A stretch of DNA of 63,139 nucleotides, filler included, from Reticulomyxa filosa (Eukaryota > Protista > Foraminifera): the NCBI GenBank assembly GCA_000512085.1. It is 15 parts of 15 records of this genome, joined end to end, with 100 filler letters (N's around TTAATTAATTAA, not from the genome) between each part and the next. Parts side by side here need not be neighbours in the genome. Positions count along the whole stretch, not along the records: positions 37,367 to 39,277 come from ASPP01020103.1; positions 39,378 to 45,772 come from ASPP01012428.1; positions 45,873 to 50,852 come from ASPP01007603.1; 12 more parts are not named here. One strand, written 5' to 3'. The position numbers were made by a program, and so were the translations under genes. Shown here in pieces: positions 37,392-50,952 of this stretch. Below the pieces are notes generated by a model. It ran no database searches and was not told the DNA's origin. It worked only from the letters and a program-made list of their open reading frames with translations. How positions within the stretch are numbered: the first letter of the stretch is position 1; every line of letters begins with the position of its first letter.

Positions 37392-38885
37392 GTAACTGCC
37401 GATTCGTTTGAGTTCTTGAAGGTGTTAGGTCGAGGATCATTTGGCAAAGTAATGTTAGGTAAGCCTCTTGCAAAAACAATATCAAAGCGGCTCAAAACAT
37501 AATTGAAACGATCACATGCCATACATTAATAGTGAAAAAGAAAGAGACTGATCAAGTGTTTGCAATGAAAATTTTGAAAAAGAAGTATTTGATCGAAAAG
37601 CATCAGGTTAGGTTTTACAATTGTTTTTTGTCTTTTTTTCCCCCCCCTCCTCCTCATCAATTTGATTGATCTATAACATCACTTTGATTAAAAAATGAAT
37701 TTTATTTTTTTAAAGCCAAACCAACCTAAATAAATAAAATACAATTAAAAAAGGTGGATCACACCAATGCGGAACGTAAAATATTGATGTCATTACAACA
37801 CCCCTTTTTGATGCAATTGCGCTATGCGTTTCAAACAGATTCCAAATTGTACTTTGTGTTAGATTTTTATAAAGGTGGAGAATTGTTTTTCCATTTGAAA
37901 AAAATGAAGCGATTTAGCGAAGACCAAGCTCGATTCTTGGTTGCAGAGGTAGGATGTGCATTGGGCTATCTGCATTCCTTGGACATTGTGTATCGTGACT
38001 TGAAACCTGAAAACATATTGTTGGACAGTTCTGGTCACATTTGCTTGACTGACTTTGGATTGGCCAAGGAATTGGGTGGAGATGCAGTTTCAAATACTTT
38101 TTGTGGAACGCCCGAGTATTTAGGTTTGTTTGTTTTTTTTTTTTTTTTTTTAATATTCTTCCAATAGGGCTCAAAGGAGGTCTCCAAGATTCAATGAAAA
38201 AAAAAAAATAAAATAAATCATATATTGCAAAATATTAATAATAATAATAATAAAAAAAAAAAAACAGCGCCAGAGGTGATATCGAATGCTGGCCATGGAA
38301 AATCGGTTGATTGGTGGTCATTGGGATTTTATTGTATGAATTGAGCGTTGGCATGCCCCCTTTTTATGACCAAAATGTGCACACTATGTATACGAAAATT
38401 CAAACCGCGCCATTACAAATTCCAAATGCTTTGTCCAAGTCTTGCAAAGACCTAATTACCAATGTAACGCTTTTTTTTTTGTTTGTTGTTAAATTTTTTT
38501 TCCTCTCCAATCTCCCCCCTTCTCCTCTCTGAATAATAAATGCAATTGCATTGTTTCCATTTCAACAAACACAAAAAGCTACTTCACCGAACTCCGAAGA
38601 AAAGATTGGGCTCGGGAAAAGACGACTTCAAGGAAATTCAAGCTCATGAATTCTGGGAACCCTTGGACTGGGACAAACTGTTAATAAAAGAAATTGATCC
38701 TCCATATAAACAAAATTCAAAGTGAAGACAAGGACGTAACCAATTTTTACCCTGCATTTTTGCGACAGAAACCACTTGACTCTCAGGTTGCTGCACCTGT
38801 CATTGCTGATGGTGAAACTGACGGTTTTGAAAATTTCTCCTTCGTGCCGACAAATGATGTTACGGCATTGCAAACTACTAAGTGA
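37392..38885 (+). CDS. AGC Ser/Thr kinase (Akt/SGK/S6K-like), 5' partial, at least 5 exons, apparent frameshift near 38710
   Basis: [37 protein letters not shown]|APE, DWWSLG, PPY, hydrophobic motif FENFSF; introns include 37607-37753, 38124-38267, 38464-38578. Confidence 0.93.
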
Positions 38886-39377
38886 GTGTTCTTTTGTGTT
38901 GTAAATAGATTTTTCTTTATTTTTTGAGTTTTGCATTGCAATGATTTTTTTTTTTTTTATACGCCATTCCAACTTTTTCTTTTGAGTTTTCTTTTTTCTT
39001 CCAAGCACAAAGTACAAATTTTGTAAGGTTTTGGTTACTTTCTTTCAATTTGAATGAAACATTTCTTAAATAATGACAAGATTTATCTCATATTTCAACG
39101 ATCGACTATTCACAAAATGATAAGTTTCTAAACAAACAAAAAAAAAAATTTCATTATGTGACACGGGGGTGTCGATCCCCAATTGACAGATCATTTGCCC
39201 CATTTCAATATAAGTAAATATAGATCAATACAGCTTCAAAATATGACATAGAGATGTGTGTCAATGGGTATAAATAANNNNNNNNNNNNNNNNNNNNNNN
39301 NNNNNNNNNNNNNNNNNNNNNTTAATTAATTAANNNNNNNNNNNNNNNNNNNNNNNNNNNNNNNNNNNNNNNNNNNN

Positions 39378-39415
<38 letters not shown>

Positions 39416-39416
39416 A

Positions 39417-40148
39417 GTGTTATTGTGTTTATTGTTATGGATAAAACGATTGCAATCGAGTGAGACGTGTGAAACGAATGAATGGGGAAGAGGAATGATG
39501 TCGACAAAGACAGTAGCGGAAGCGAACATAGAAGGAACAAGTTTGTTGGGATATGACGGAGTACATGATAGTCAATTGGCGTATGTAGTAACGAGTAACG
39601 GTAGCAATATGGAAGTGTATGTATTAAATACGACATCTCTCACAATGGTGCCTCTTTTATTATCACCGTCACCATCACCATTATCATCATCCTTATTATT
39701 GCCATCATTTTCAAGTGAGACAGACAATGCATTCGCAATGGTGAAAGACACACTGTATTACTTGAAAGTGAACATCACAGCCCCTGCTGCATTCATGGCA
39801 GTGACGATGAACAAGACGAGCGGACACTACGGTGTGGACAACAGCCTCACGTCGCTGACAATGACACACAATATATGTATGGTCGCCAACCCGACGCAAG
39901 ACAAGCTGTACGTAGTGGACGTGGTGAACGGGAGCATCTGGGACTATTCGATCGATGGCAACAATTGGGCTTCTGTTTACAGTGGTAGTTGGAATGGTGG
40001 TGGTGGTGATGATGGCCAGGATCACTCGTGCGTGCTCGACTCTGCGCAGCGATTTCTTTATGTGTTTGCAGCGAATAAGAGCGACCCCAATTATTCTCTG
40101 TTCACTTTACGTTTTTCTTTTCAAGACAAAACATGGAAGGCAATTGAC

Positions 40149-40181
<33 letters not shown>

Positions 40182-40862
40182 GGCAATGGCAATTGTCAGC
40201 ATTTTCTTGGAGGGTTTAGTGTTGCTACAAGCAATTCATCCCAATTTATCATCGGACCTTGTTCCAATTCTTCTTCGACGAATCAGGGCACGTGGAGTCT
40301 TTATTGCCTCAATTCTGACGCCTCTCAACTTGTCTCTTTGGCGGATACCAACATAACACAGCTTCGCCAGCGCTGTTTGTACGACGACGCACTGAAGCAA
40401 GTGCATTGCATTGGAGGAGCGACCTCTACTGCCTCCAAGAACTCCATTCGTACCTTGTCCATGGCCCCTGAGACAGTCATGGAATCACCAGCTCAAAGCC
40501 CTACTGGCAAACCCTCACAGCGTCCAACATTACGTCCAACATTGCATCCAACATTACGTCCAACATTGCATCCAACACAACGTCCAACATCACGTCCAAC
40601 ATTACGTCCAACATTACGTCCAACATCACGTCCAACATCACGTCCAACATTACGTCCAACACAACGTCCAACGCTGCAGCCGACCCGGTCGCCGACGACT
40701 AGTTGCGAGGGCATACTTCCTCAAAGCTCAGTCTTGGCGGACACCGACGATTGCCAGACCATGGTGCAATTGTGCGAACTCGATTCTGATCCCTATAAAA
40801 ATCTTTGGTTTACTGCTGCTTGCAGATGCTTCTTTCAATGGCAATTCAATCTAACCACCACC

Positions 40863-40901
<39 letters not shown>

Positions 40902-41204
40902 CCAGCGACGACAAGTTCCGACTCCATCACAAAATTTATTACGACGCTAAACAAAACTTGTCTATCTGACTGCGACTACATAACCAAATATTCAATTTGC
41001 AAGACGTATCAGCAATTGAACCAATCCAACTCCAATTGCGTCAATGGCAGTCCACTTATCAGCGCCACGTTTGCAAATGTATCCTTACATGTCGATATAC
41101 AGTTCTGCCAAAAGTACAAAGGCATTTTGCAAATGCAGTTTCTTGTCTATTGTCCTGCCACGCCCATTTGGCAGACGATGATGCAATCTTGTCTAAATCT
41201 CCTC

Positions 41205-41235
<31 letters not shown>

Positions 41236-41310
41236 CGACGACTCTGGCTCCAACAACGACTCTGGCTCCAACAACAACTCTGGCTCCAACAACAGCCCCG
41301 ACAATCACAG

Positions 41311-41341
<31 letters not shown>

Positions 41342-43197
41342 AACAGCAATTGCTTCGACCACCGAAATGGCTCAGCAATGCTTTGATGTACTTAACTCGA
41401 ATCAAGTGTTTGGTGTCAACGGCGTGCAAAATTGCTCGCAATTGGCCAATGTCACACACAATTGGACGAATTGGACTTTGTCGGATAAGGTGCTTCTCGA
41501 ATACTGCAACTGTTGGATCAGTTGGGAACTGGACTACTCATCTGATGTCGATCCGAAGGAATCCGAGGTCGTTGCTGTCTGTCTTCAGCCTTTGGCTGAT
41601 ATGTGCAGTTCAGTGGGGCTGTTACATCTAGTTTAACTAATAAAAAGTACACTTCCTTTTACTTGTCTCACATTTCGTCAAATATAGGCAACACACAACA
41701 GCTGTCCAGCACGCAGGTGCAGGTGGGCAATGGCGCTGACACGGCCAATTTGAATGAACAGAGACTGATCGTGCTGATGGTGCTGGTGTTGCTGGCAGGG
41801 TGCTGTGGAGCTGCTTATTACATTCAAAAAAAACAGAGTACGTATTCCGACGACTTGGCCGACTCCGAACGCAAACGTGGTGCAAAGAAACGCGGCCGAC
41901 AGAAGAACAAGAAAAACAAGTCTCGCAACAAACCTGGGTTTGCCATAGTTGATGAGTCCTCGCAAGAAAGACTCGATCACGATCAGGACGACTCCGAACT
42001 CAATGACGCCGATGCCGATGATGCCGATGCTGATGATGGCAATAACACGAGTGACTATGAAAATGATGCCGATAGGAGTGGTGACGGTGATGATGATCAT
42101 AATGATTATGATGGTGATGATAATGGTGGTGGTAGAGATGATGATACCAATGCCAATGCCAATGACAAACAACTGAAAAGCGAAAATGGAACGCAGAAAC
42201 ATAAATATAAACACAAGCAAAAACAGAAACAAAAACAAAAGCAAACAGATGCAAATAATTCGATTGAAGACGGCCAAGATACTTTGAATGCCAGGGCTGC
42301 TGCTGCTGATGTCAGCAACACTGGCGATAACAAACACGATAAAAGCAACGACGCACAACAATCCGAAAATCAAGCAAACAATACCGTAGCTGCTAGCTCC
42401 GATTCCAATACAAACAACTCCAAAGCTAGCCAAATTAAAGATACCCTTAAATCAAAGGCCATTGCCTTTGGAAACAAATTTACCAAAGGTTGCATATATA
42501 TATATATATATATACGGATATTATGTACATAATATACATGTATATGTACATATATATACATATATGTATGTATATATGTGCATAATATTTAAACATTTGT
42601 TTATCATTCTCCCTCTCTTCTTTGGCAAGTTGTTCAAATATAAATATTCATGTGCATATATGCAAAGGAAAAGCGAAACCAAAAAATCAAAACGTGGTAG
42701 TGCCAATGGTGCCAGTAAATAATAACAACAAGATTGGTGGAGTGACATACAGTCGTCCCAAGCCCATAAATCAAAAAATGGATCCATACAACTCAACCTC
42801 AACAGATAAAAAAACAGCTGTTACTGGCACTGCTCCTACTGATGTGTTCACAATTTGTGAAAATGAGGATGACACAAGTGAAGATGGCCTTGTCTTAGAC
42901 GGAACAGATAGTGACGAAAACAATGCTCTTCAAAGTTCCTCACGTAAGCATTCCGCCAAAAATAAGCAACGGCAAACTCATTCTGTTGTCCCTTTGTTAC
43001 CAAAACCACGTGATCTGCCATCAACGACACAACAACAGCCACAGTCACAGCCACAACCACAATCACAACTACAGCCACAAACACAAAATAAAGCCAGAGA
43101 TAGCAGTGAAGAATATGAAGAGGATCCTGTTGCAGTCACTGTTCGATTGGATAATGTACCTGCTCATCACAGACCACAAGGAAAGAGCCAAAAATAA
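39417..43197 (+). CDS. Large type-I membrane/surface glycoprotein: propeller-like N-terminus, PTxR repeat stalk, Cys-rich modules, poly-Thr, TM, acidic cytoplasmic tail
   Basis: ORFs 39417-41636, 41603-42532 and 42622-43197; many NxS/T sequons; TM LIVLMVLVLLAGCCGAAYYI followed by basic residues; frame change near 41620 at a G-run. Confidence 0.7.
40520..40690 (+). repeat. 12-bp coding tandem repeat encoding (R/H)PT(L/S/Q), about 13 units
   Basis: cgtccaaca(tta/tca/caa) units. Confidence 0.9.
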
Positions 43198-43756
43198 ACA
43201 AAATCATCTGAAACAAGTGCATATTCTACAATAACATTTAACAAAAAAAAATTAATCTATTGATCGTCTTTTAAGGGGAAAAAATATATATACGTCTTTT
43301 TTTTTTTTGAAGACCAATCTATTTTTTTTTGTGTGCATGTAGAATTTTTTGTTGTCTCCAGTTCTATTATTTTTTGGCTTGTGGAGAAACTTTCTTTGTT
43401 TTTAATCATTGGATACTTTTGGGATTTTTTATTAGATTTGCCAAAAATGCAAGCCCTTTCACTTGATTGTCAAAAAGGTTTATTTTTTCATATTAAAAAG
43501 GGCATTATCAATCTGATTTCAAATAACGTGTTTCGGTTCAGGAAGATTAATGAAGGATAGTGTTCGAAGTTTCAAAGTTGGTATTCATGGTGATTTTTTA
43601 GAAAAATATCTCAAAACAAATGTGTCAAACACATTAACTTTCACACTATGACACGCAAAAAGAAGAAAAAACAACCAAACATTGAAGTCTTTTTTTTAAA
43701 AAAAAAAAAAAGATAATCAAAAGTAGCTACAATATATAAATATATATATATCCCGA

Positions 43757-45700
43757 TCATTGAACAGAAGACTCAGCCACTGGAGACAAAACATCCCTGG
43801 GATCATCGTCTAAAATGTTATCTAGAATTCCGTCTAAAATTTCTTCAATATTGTCTTGATTTGGATTTACGATAGTTTTTTGGGATTCTTTGGTAGCATC
43901 ATCAAGATTTTTCTCCTCACTTGACTGTGAAGATGGGGCTTTCAACGCTTCCACTGTCGAATCTGTTGTGTCAGGTTTAGACTTGGTTTGTTTTTGTGTG
44001 TGGTTAGCAGCGGGTGCACTATGCTCACGGAGAGTAGGTGCAAGCATTGGACTAATCAGATTACCGCTAGACTTACTTGTCCTTGCTTTCTCAATACTGC
44101 TTTGGCTGCTATCAGCCCCGTCTTTCGTTTCACACTGACTGTTGCCGTTCAGTTCTCCTTTCAAGCCTTCCTTGCCACTTTCTTCTTTTATATCGTCTTT
44201 TGCTCCAAATAAGCCTATTTGTATTATTACCATTTAGTTTTGTTTTGTTCTGGTCTTGCATGTATGTGCACAAGAACAAAACAAAACAAAACAAAACAAA
44301 AAAAAGACTATTGCAAACAACAAACCAAAGAAATTTCCCAAAATGGAACGACGACTGGTAAGTTTTGGAGTGGATTCGATGGATTTTCGATGTTGACGAA
44401 GTTCCTCTTCTTTTTTTTTCCTTTTTTCGTCTTCCATTCGTTTGATTTCCTTTTCCATGATTCGAACCATAAAGTCATGATACTGATAGAACGGCAAATG
44501 TTTTGTCTGTTCGATCAGTGCTTCGTTGGATATAGTCGTCACCAGTGGGTATTTGATTTTCACAGATGACGCCGATAAATGCAAGTACTCTTTTATCACA
44601 TCGGCAACAAACTCTTCTTTGTCCTTTTCACTCATCTTTTTCACCTTGTCTCCAGTTTCTTTTTCGTTCTTCTTATGTCCTTCTTCTTGTTCCTCCAATG
44701 CTATTTTCAACCCAGTCAATTATTTATTTATTTATTTATTTATTATTATTATTATTTTTTATTGTAGTGTAATATTGTCTGGGATGTTTATGTACATCAA
44801 CAAAACCTGGCTCTGAAGTGATCTCCTCCTCCGCTTCATTGCCAATCTCATAATCCAATTGCGCTAGGACATAAGAATGGTCAGTACTGGCTTGTGTCAA
44901 ACCTGTCAACTCATTCAAATCTGGAGGCAGCTTCACATAAAGGGGGAGCACCACAACAATACAAACATGAAAAAGGGCAGTGTGTGTGTGTGTGTTTTTT
45001 TTTTCCATTGTATTCTACTGTTTCTTTTTTTTTTTTTTTTTTTTTTAGAAAAACAAAAAAAAAAAAAAGATAAAATAACCACTTGATCAGCAACAGTGTT
45101 AAGACGCAATTGCCTCGTTTGAATAACATTGGCCTGAGACAGCAGTTCAATTTCGTGAATACGCTGTCCCAACTCGGTTTGCAACTCTTCAATTCTCTGC
45201 TCTAAGCGCGAGTTCTGCGCTGCCAAAACTATCACTTCATTCGTTATTGCTTTCGCTGCTTCTTGGTATTCTTCCGTTTTTTCTTCAAACATTTGTTGAT
45301 AATTGTCATACTTGTTTTTATTTTTGTATACATATGCATAGTTTATTTATTGGTGATTATAAGTCCATAAGCGGCTGGGGAGAGAGAATAGAAAGAGAAA
45401 GAGAAAGAGAAGAGAGGAAGGAAAGAATGCAGGAATGAAACAACTGCGACAAAAATAACAACGATAATAATAATAATGTACCTCCTCTTGCAAGTTTTCA
45501 TAGTCGGATTGAATCCGAGACATTTGATCGAGTTTTTCGTACAATTGATTCCTTTCTCTCATCAAATCTTGTGTGTGTTTGGTCTCGTCTTCTAATTGTC
45601 GTTGCAATTCTTCGTCTCGTCTGTTTTCGACTGATTGATTTTTGTCCCCTGTTCCACTTGCTCCAAATTCTAGGCTGTCCATGTTTATCTACTCTTATTA
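43757..45700 (-). CDS. Hypothetical coiled-coil protein, multi-exon, 5' partial
   Basis: Consecutive minus-strand E/Q/K-rich ORFs (45347-45682, 44933-45292, 44736-45008, 44234-44719, 43757-44233) separated by AT-rich introns. Confidence 0.6.
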
Positions 45701-45713
45701 TTATCATTATTAT

Positions 45714-45772
<59 letters not shown>

Positions 45773-46736
45773 NNNNNNNNNNNNNNNNNNNNNNNNNNNN
45801 NNNNNNNNNNNNNNNNTTAATTAATTAANNNNNNNNNNNNNNNNNNNNNNNNNNNNNNNNNNNNNNNNNNNNTTTAAGTCAGGCATTTGAATATCAAACG
45901 TCAATGTTTTTATGAATACTAACTCCGAATTGATTTTATGCTTTTGATTGCTTTGATTTTATGCTTTCGGTTTCTTTGATATTCTGAAAACAAAGACATA
46001 GTATTAAATTGTTGACAAAACTCTTTTTAAACATAACATCGATTGTCTAACTTCATACATGAAAAGACGATGAAGAGGATTATTGGACTTTAACAAACGT
46101 GAAAATATTTCATATGAAATTACTTAGCACACAAAAAATTTTGTTGCAAAATTAAATTAGTTTTAAAAAATTACTTAACATATAAAATTTTTTTAAAAAG
46201 TATTGTGCATAAACGATGATAATATTATTTGTACATGAACTGTTATAAATAGTGTCCATTAAAATATTTATAAAAAATGTATATATTTATCAAGCCACAT
46301 CGATTTCGGAATAATATTTCAACACAACCGATAAAACTATTTTAAAATGTAAATATATACAAAGTACCCCAGAAAAATAAGCACATGAATTACACTTTTT
46401 ATAAAAATTTTCAAAAGATACACTTATCAACGTTGTGCTTAAAACTTATTATCTACTACAAAACTTATGTTAGAAATCAATTTTAGCCAATTTAGTGATA
46501 ATGCATTTGTGAATTGCTTTTTGTAAATAATCATTTAAGAAATAAATAAAAATAATAAACAATGTATTTTCTTGAAAACGTCTGTCACTTAGTTTGGAGG
46601 CACTTGTGTGAAATTTAATATATTTACGTTTTATCACAAACTTTGTTTTAATGAAAAGATGTGTTTAAAAAAAGAAGTTTGTTCGCAGAATCTTGCCCAA
46701 CAAAAGTGATAAAACAAATTGAAAACAAAGGATCAT

Positions 46737-48528
46737 ATGACTACTCATGTCAAACAAAGCAGCATTACTGCATTCCTCGACTTTATGCGCGGCGGGTCAT
46801 CTGCAGAACAATTAGAAGCAGGGATGGATGAAGTAGCTGAAACAAAAAAGTATGAAGAGTATAAAGAGGTAGAATCACAAATCCGCGACAAAAAAGTGCA
46901 ACTAAAGAATTCCAGGGAGAAGGTGGCACACTTGGAACAAAGTGTGAAATCGATAAGAGAGGACAAGTATAAATCCGAGAAGCAATTGATAACACAGTTA
47001 CAAGAGGAGCAAAGACGCGTATTATCGAAACTGAATGCAGTGAGAGAAAGCAAATATCAATTGATCCGAAACGCAGGAGTGGAAATGGACCGCCTGCGAA
47101 GTATTGTTCGAATATTGCAAGAGCAGCTTCAATCTATTCAGTCGGGCGTTATTCCATATGACGAAGGAGTGTCCCCACAAACTGTTACCAACTACATGCA
47201 ATATAATTCGGATAACCACAATTTGAAGTTTTTGGTTATTTATTTAATTTTTTTTGTTTTTGTTTTTATTTTTATTTAGAAAAGTTCAAAGAGGTTAAGG
47301 CATTAGTTTATGTTTATCCTTTTTGCTTGGGGGGGTTGAATGGGAAAACGGGGATCAAAAAGAATACTAGGTTTGGAAAACTTGTTGGAGCTAACATTAA
47401 ATCCGGAAGCAGCCAATCGTCGAAACGACGAGACACTTCACCCCGACTTTTTAGAGTCAGACACTTGTATGAATGAGTCGAGGTTTATATATGCATATGC
47501 ATATTTAACATACATACGCATATATATAAATGTATATGTATATATAATATAAAAAAAGATAAGGGTCTTACATATGCGCACACCCGTGTATTATCATTTT
47601 TTGTTTGTTTTTTTTTTTTTTTTTTTTTTTGTTGTGTTGTTCTTATATTTGATTGCAACGTAGCTGGCAACAATACAACAACACCTGGAGGACCAACGAC
47701 GGTTTCTTCTACACAACAGCAAAACGAACAATCGCATGAGAATGCAAATGAAAACGAAGAGGAAAGTGAAGATCCATTTCCACACGACGATTATAGTCGA
47801 ATTGACTTTCGAACTTTGGAACCCGGCGACGGCACTACTTACCCGTCACCTTATTCTTATGTCAAATATAAATATCTGGGCTATATTCATCATAGAGAAA
47901 CTGGTTTGTGTTTCTATCTTTTGTATGTATACATATAATTTTTTTTTTTTTTTGGTTTTTGCAGAGAGGAGAGGGGGGGGGAGGGGTTCAAGATAGAACT
48001 TTTTTTCTTATTTAAAAAAAAAAAAATGGCTGTGCAAAATAAAAAAAAAATAAAGGTCGTTGGGAGCAATTTACACCGACAAAAATCGCAGAGTACGAAC
48101 ACCACACACAGTTAAGCGTTGGCGGACAGGTGCCTGGATTGGAAGAGGCTTTGCTGACAATGAGCGAAGGCGAAAAGGCCAAGGTGTGGGTTCCATCTCG
48201 TCTGGGATACGGAATACATGGCGCAGGGGGCTTAGTGCCGCCCAATTGCGATTTGGTTTTCATCGTCACACTTTTGAGCGTCGTTTCTAGTGACGATAAC
48301 TATCCCAATGTACAAGTAATGTCGGACGCCGAAAATCCAAATCCTGACCCTCGTGAGGAAGATGGTACTTTTACATTAACTTTTAATGCAAAAAAAAAAA
48401 AAAAAGCTTTATTATTTTGTTGTGTTGTTGTCTTGTTTGATGTGCCAGGTCTAGAACAAATGCTTGGATTGCAAGATGCTAATGAAGCCGAAAATGATAA
48501 CGACAATCAGATGTTTGAAGATTTGTAA
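46737..48528 (+). CDS. Coiled-coil protein with FKBP-type peptidyl-prolyl isomerase domain, multi-exon
   Basis: TLEPGDGTTYPSPYSYVKYKYLG, VPGLEEALLTMSEGEKAKVWVPSRLGYGIHGAGGLVPPNCDLVFIVTLL; intron 47904-48055; linkage to the coiled-coil exon 46737-47230 is inferred. Confidence 0.75.
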
Positions 48529-49329
48529 GAATTGAAATCATTTTCAGTTCTTTGTGACCAAAAAATACTGTTTGTTTTGACGTTTTTGTTGTAATTATTG
48601 TTTTGTCCAATAAATTTGTAAAATTTTTTTTTTTGTGATTGGAAAATGTTTATTGTGACGTGTTGTAGCCGATGAGCTGTGGTTTATCCATGAAAAAAAA
48701 ATTTCCAATGCACTGAATACAAAGTGATCACTTATCATTTTAGGTACACTTCTGCCTTTATTTCAATGTTTCAATTTGTAAAAAAAAATTGTTTTTTCGA
48801 AAATTTTGTGCATTTTGGATTAAAAAAATTAAGTGTTCATTGTTCAAAGCACATTTAAATCTAACCAAATTTACATCAAATTACAAAAATTATACAATTT
48901 TATTCGTGTTACTAAAAATTAATGAAAAAAACTTTGTGTTCATAAATTCGTAAAATATCTAATTTTTATATTAAAATATGTATATCTGCTTCTTTCGGTT
49001 ATCCATGGCCAATGTAATCAAGATAACTTTAATTTTTGTTTTGTTACTTGTTGAAAAGTAAAACTAGATTGCACATTTAGTGATGCCGATCGTGTTCATA
49101 ATGTCAAAAATAAAACTGGCGTGATGATTGACTGTATCTTCTAAAAAATTTATACTTTTTCTGCTGTTAATTTTGCCACAAGGAATATGCGCATTTAAAC
49201 TGAGTAAATTTGTAATCGGATTTTGTTTACAATCATGTTATATATCTACACCCATCTCCTTCCCTCGTCTGTATCAAATACAGTACATTTTATTTGGAAA
49301 AAATTGATTGAATCGCAATTTTGTTTAAA

Positions 49330-50033
49330 ATGAGAAAAGCTGCAATTTTGGAAAATGTGGTGAAAAATGAAATGTGTTGCTTGAATAGGACATCAAGAAG
49401 TGATTCGGCAAGCTATTCTCCAAGTATTGAAGTAGTGCTGGACTCCAGTCAACATAAAAATGCAGATCACAGAGAGTCGAGAAGACAAAAGAAAAAAGAG
49501 CATCACAGAAAACAAAAAAAAAGAAAAAAAGTCATCGACCAGCTGCAAATATAATGATTGAGAGTACCCGCGAAAAATCGCGGAGTCGAAGTCAAAATGC
49601 AGGGAAAACAATCGGGAAATTAGTTGAAATGAATGATCAAGACACTGACTTAGAAATTGAGTTACAGCCTTCTCACACAAATTCTTCAAACGTTGTTTCC
49701 GTGATTGAAAGTCAAAAAACTGATGACAAGTACAACAAAGGCAAACTTAGTATAACTCAAAGTAATCAACTCATTCGAGAATTCAGCAACCGATCTACTG
49801 ATCATACTGGTAATGAACAGCGTGACAATAAAAAAATGAGTTGTTTGGCTTCACCACAAAATCCAATCACTCAGCGTAGGCTTAATTTGCCTTCGCACGA
49901 GCAATTAAGTGTTCATTGGCACGATAGAGTTACTGTTCATCGTGTGCCAAAGAAAGATTTGTCAAGATCCATGTTTTACGGAAAAAATAGTGAGAGCACA
50001 ATAATAGGTGGAAAGTGTTGTATTGTCATGTAA
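49330..50033 (+). CDS. Hydrophilic protein ending in CaaX (GKCCIVM); two ORFs joined by a frameshift in an A-run
   Basis: ORF 49321-49554 continues as KKSHRPAANIMIEST into ORF 49554-50033 if the A-run near 49515-49530 is corrected. Confidence 0.55.
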
Positions 50034-50456
50034 GACATACATTAGTAGTATTGTAGACAACACAACTGATTGTCCATTGAGGCATTGCCAAATGCGTTTT
50101 TTTTTGCAAAAATTGTGTCTATTTTCAATTAAAAGGAAAGTGCACTTGTCTAGTCTTAGCACATTTTCATTTGTTTTAGATTGTCAAAAGCTTTTACGCT
50201 TTTGTATTGAGTAGCTTTAAAGAAAAGGCTACTTCCACTTTCTTCATCGCATACGTCTTTTCATCAATGAAGTTTTTTGGCTGCGAAAATAAGTGACTGC
50301 ACTGTTCAACGAAAACAACTTTTAGGATGTGGTGTGGGGAACAAATAAAATTAAACAGATGACACGTCCAAACCACGAGCTCTGATAGTTAAGAGCAGCC
50401 AGTATGTTTAAAAGAAGAGGCAGATAAAAAAAAGGGAATCATTTAAGTGATTGATA

Positions 50457-50753
50457 ATGAGTGGATTCCAGAGACTTCGAAATACTCGATTAAAAACATT
50501 TTTATGGCAGTACTCCGCATTATTTGTGGGGGCATTGGCAGGAATCCCCATTGGTCGTAAGCTACGTGCCAGGAAAGACAGTCAAACGGAAGCGGAGAAA
50601 GCGCATTGGTACCTGTCGTATTTAGGTGTGAAGCCAGATGACCGAGCGTTGGTAGCAAACATTCAAAATTTGGAGAGTGCATCCTTACCACCAGAGACAT
50701 TTCTCTCCTCCGCAGAAAAGATCTTGGCCAAAATCCGCGAGTCACAGCCAGAT
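50457..50753 (+). CDS. Hypothetical protein with N-terminal hydrophobic segment, first exon (3' truncated)
   Basis: MSGFQRLRNTRLKTFLWQYSALFVGALAGIPIG...RESQPD then a GT donor. Confidence 0.5.
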
Positions 50754-50952
50754 GTAAATACAAGTCATGTATTACGAATGCAAGTTATGTCAAATGAATT
50801 CTTACCAAAGCGAAGGGGGGGGGGGGGGGGAGGAAGAGAGAAAGAAAAAAAGNNNNNNNNNNNNNNNNNNNNNNNNNNNNNNNNNNNNNNNNNNNNTTAA
50901 TTAATTAANNNNNNNNNNNNNNNNNNNNNNNNNNNNNNNNNNNNNNNNNNNN

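Noticed and set aside
38695-38730. Programmed frameshifting in the AGC kinase tail (also at ~41620 and ~49520)
   Set aside because: All three lie in homopolymer runs in an assembly that breaks at homopolymers; sequencing error is simpler
40520-40690. CRISPR-like array (also 23770-23875)
   Set aside because: Head-to-tail repeats without unique spacers; eukaryotic coding or minisatellite repeats
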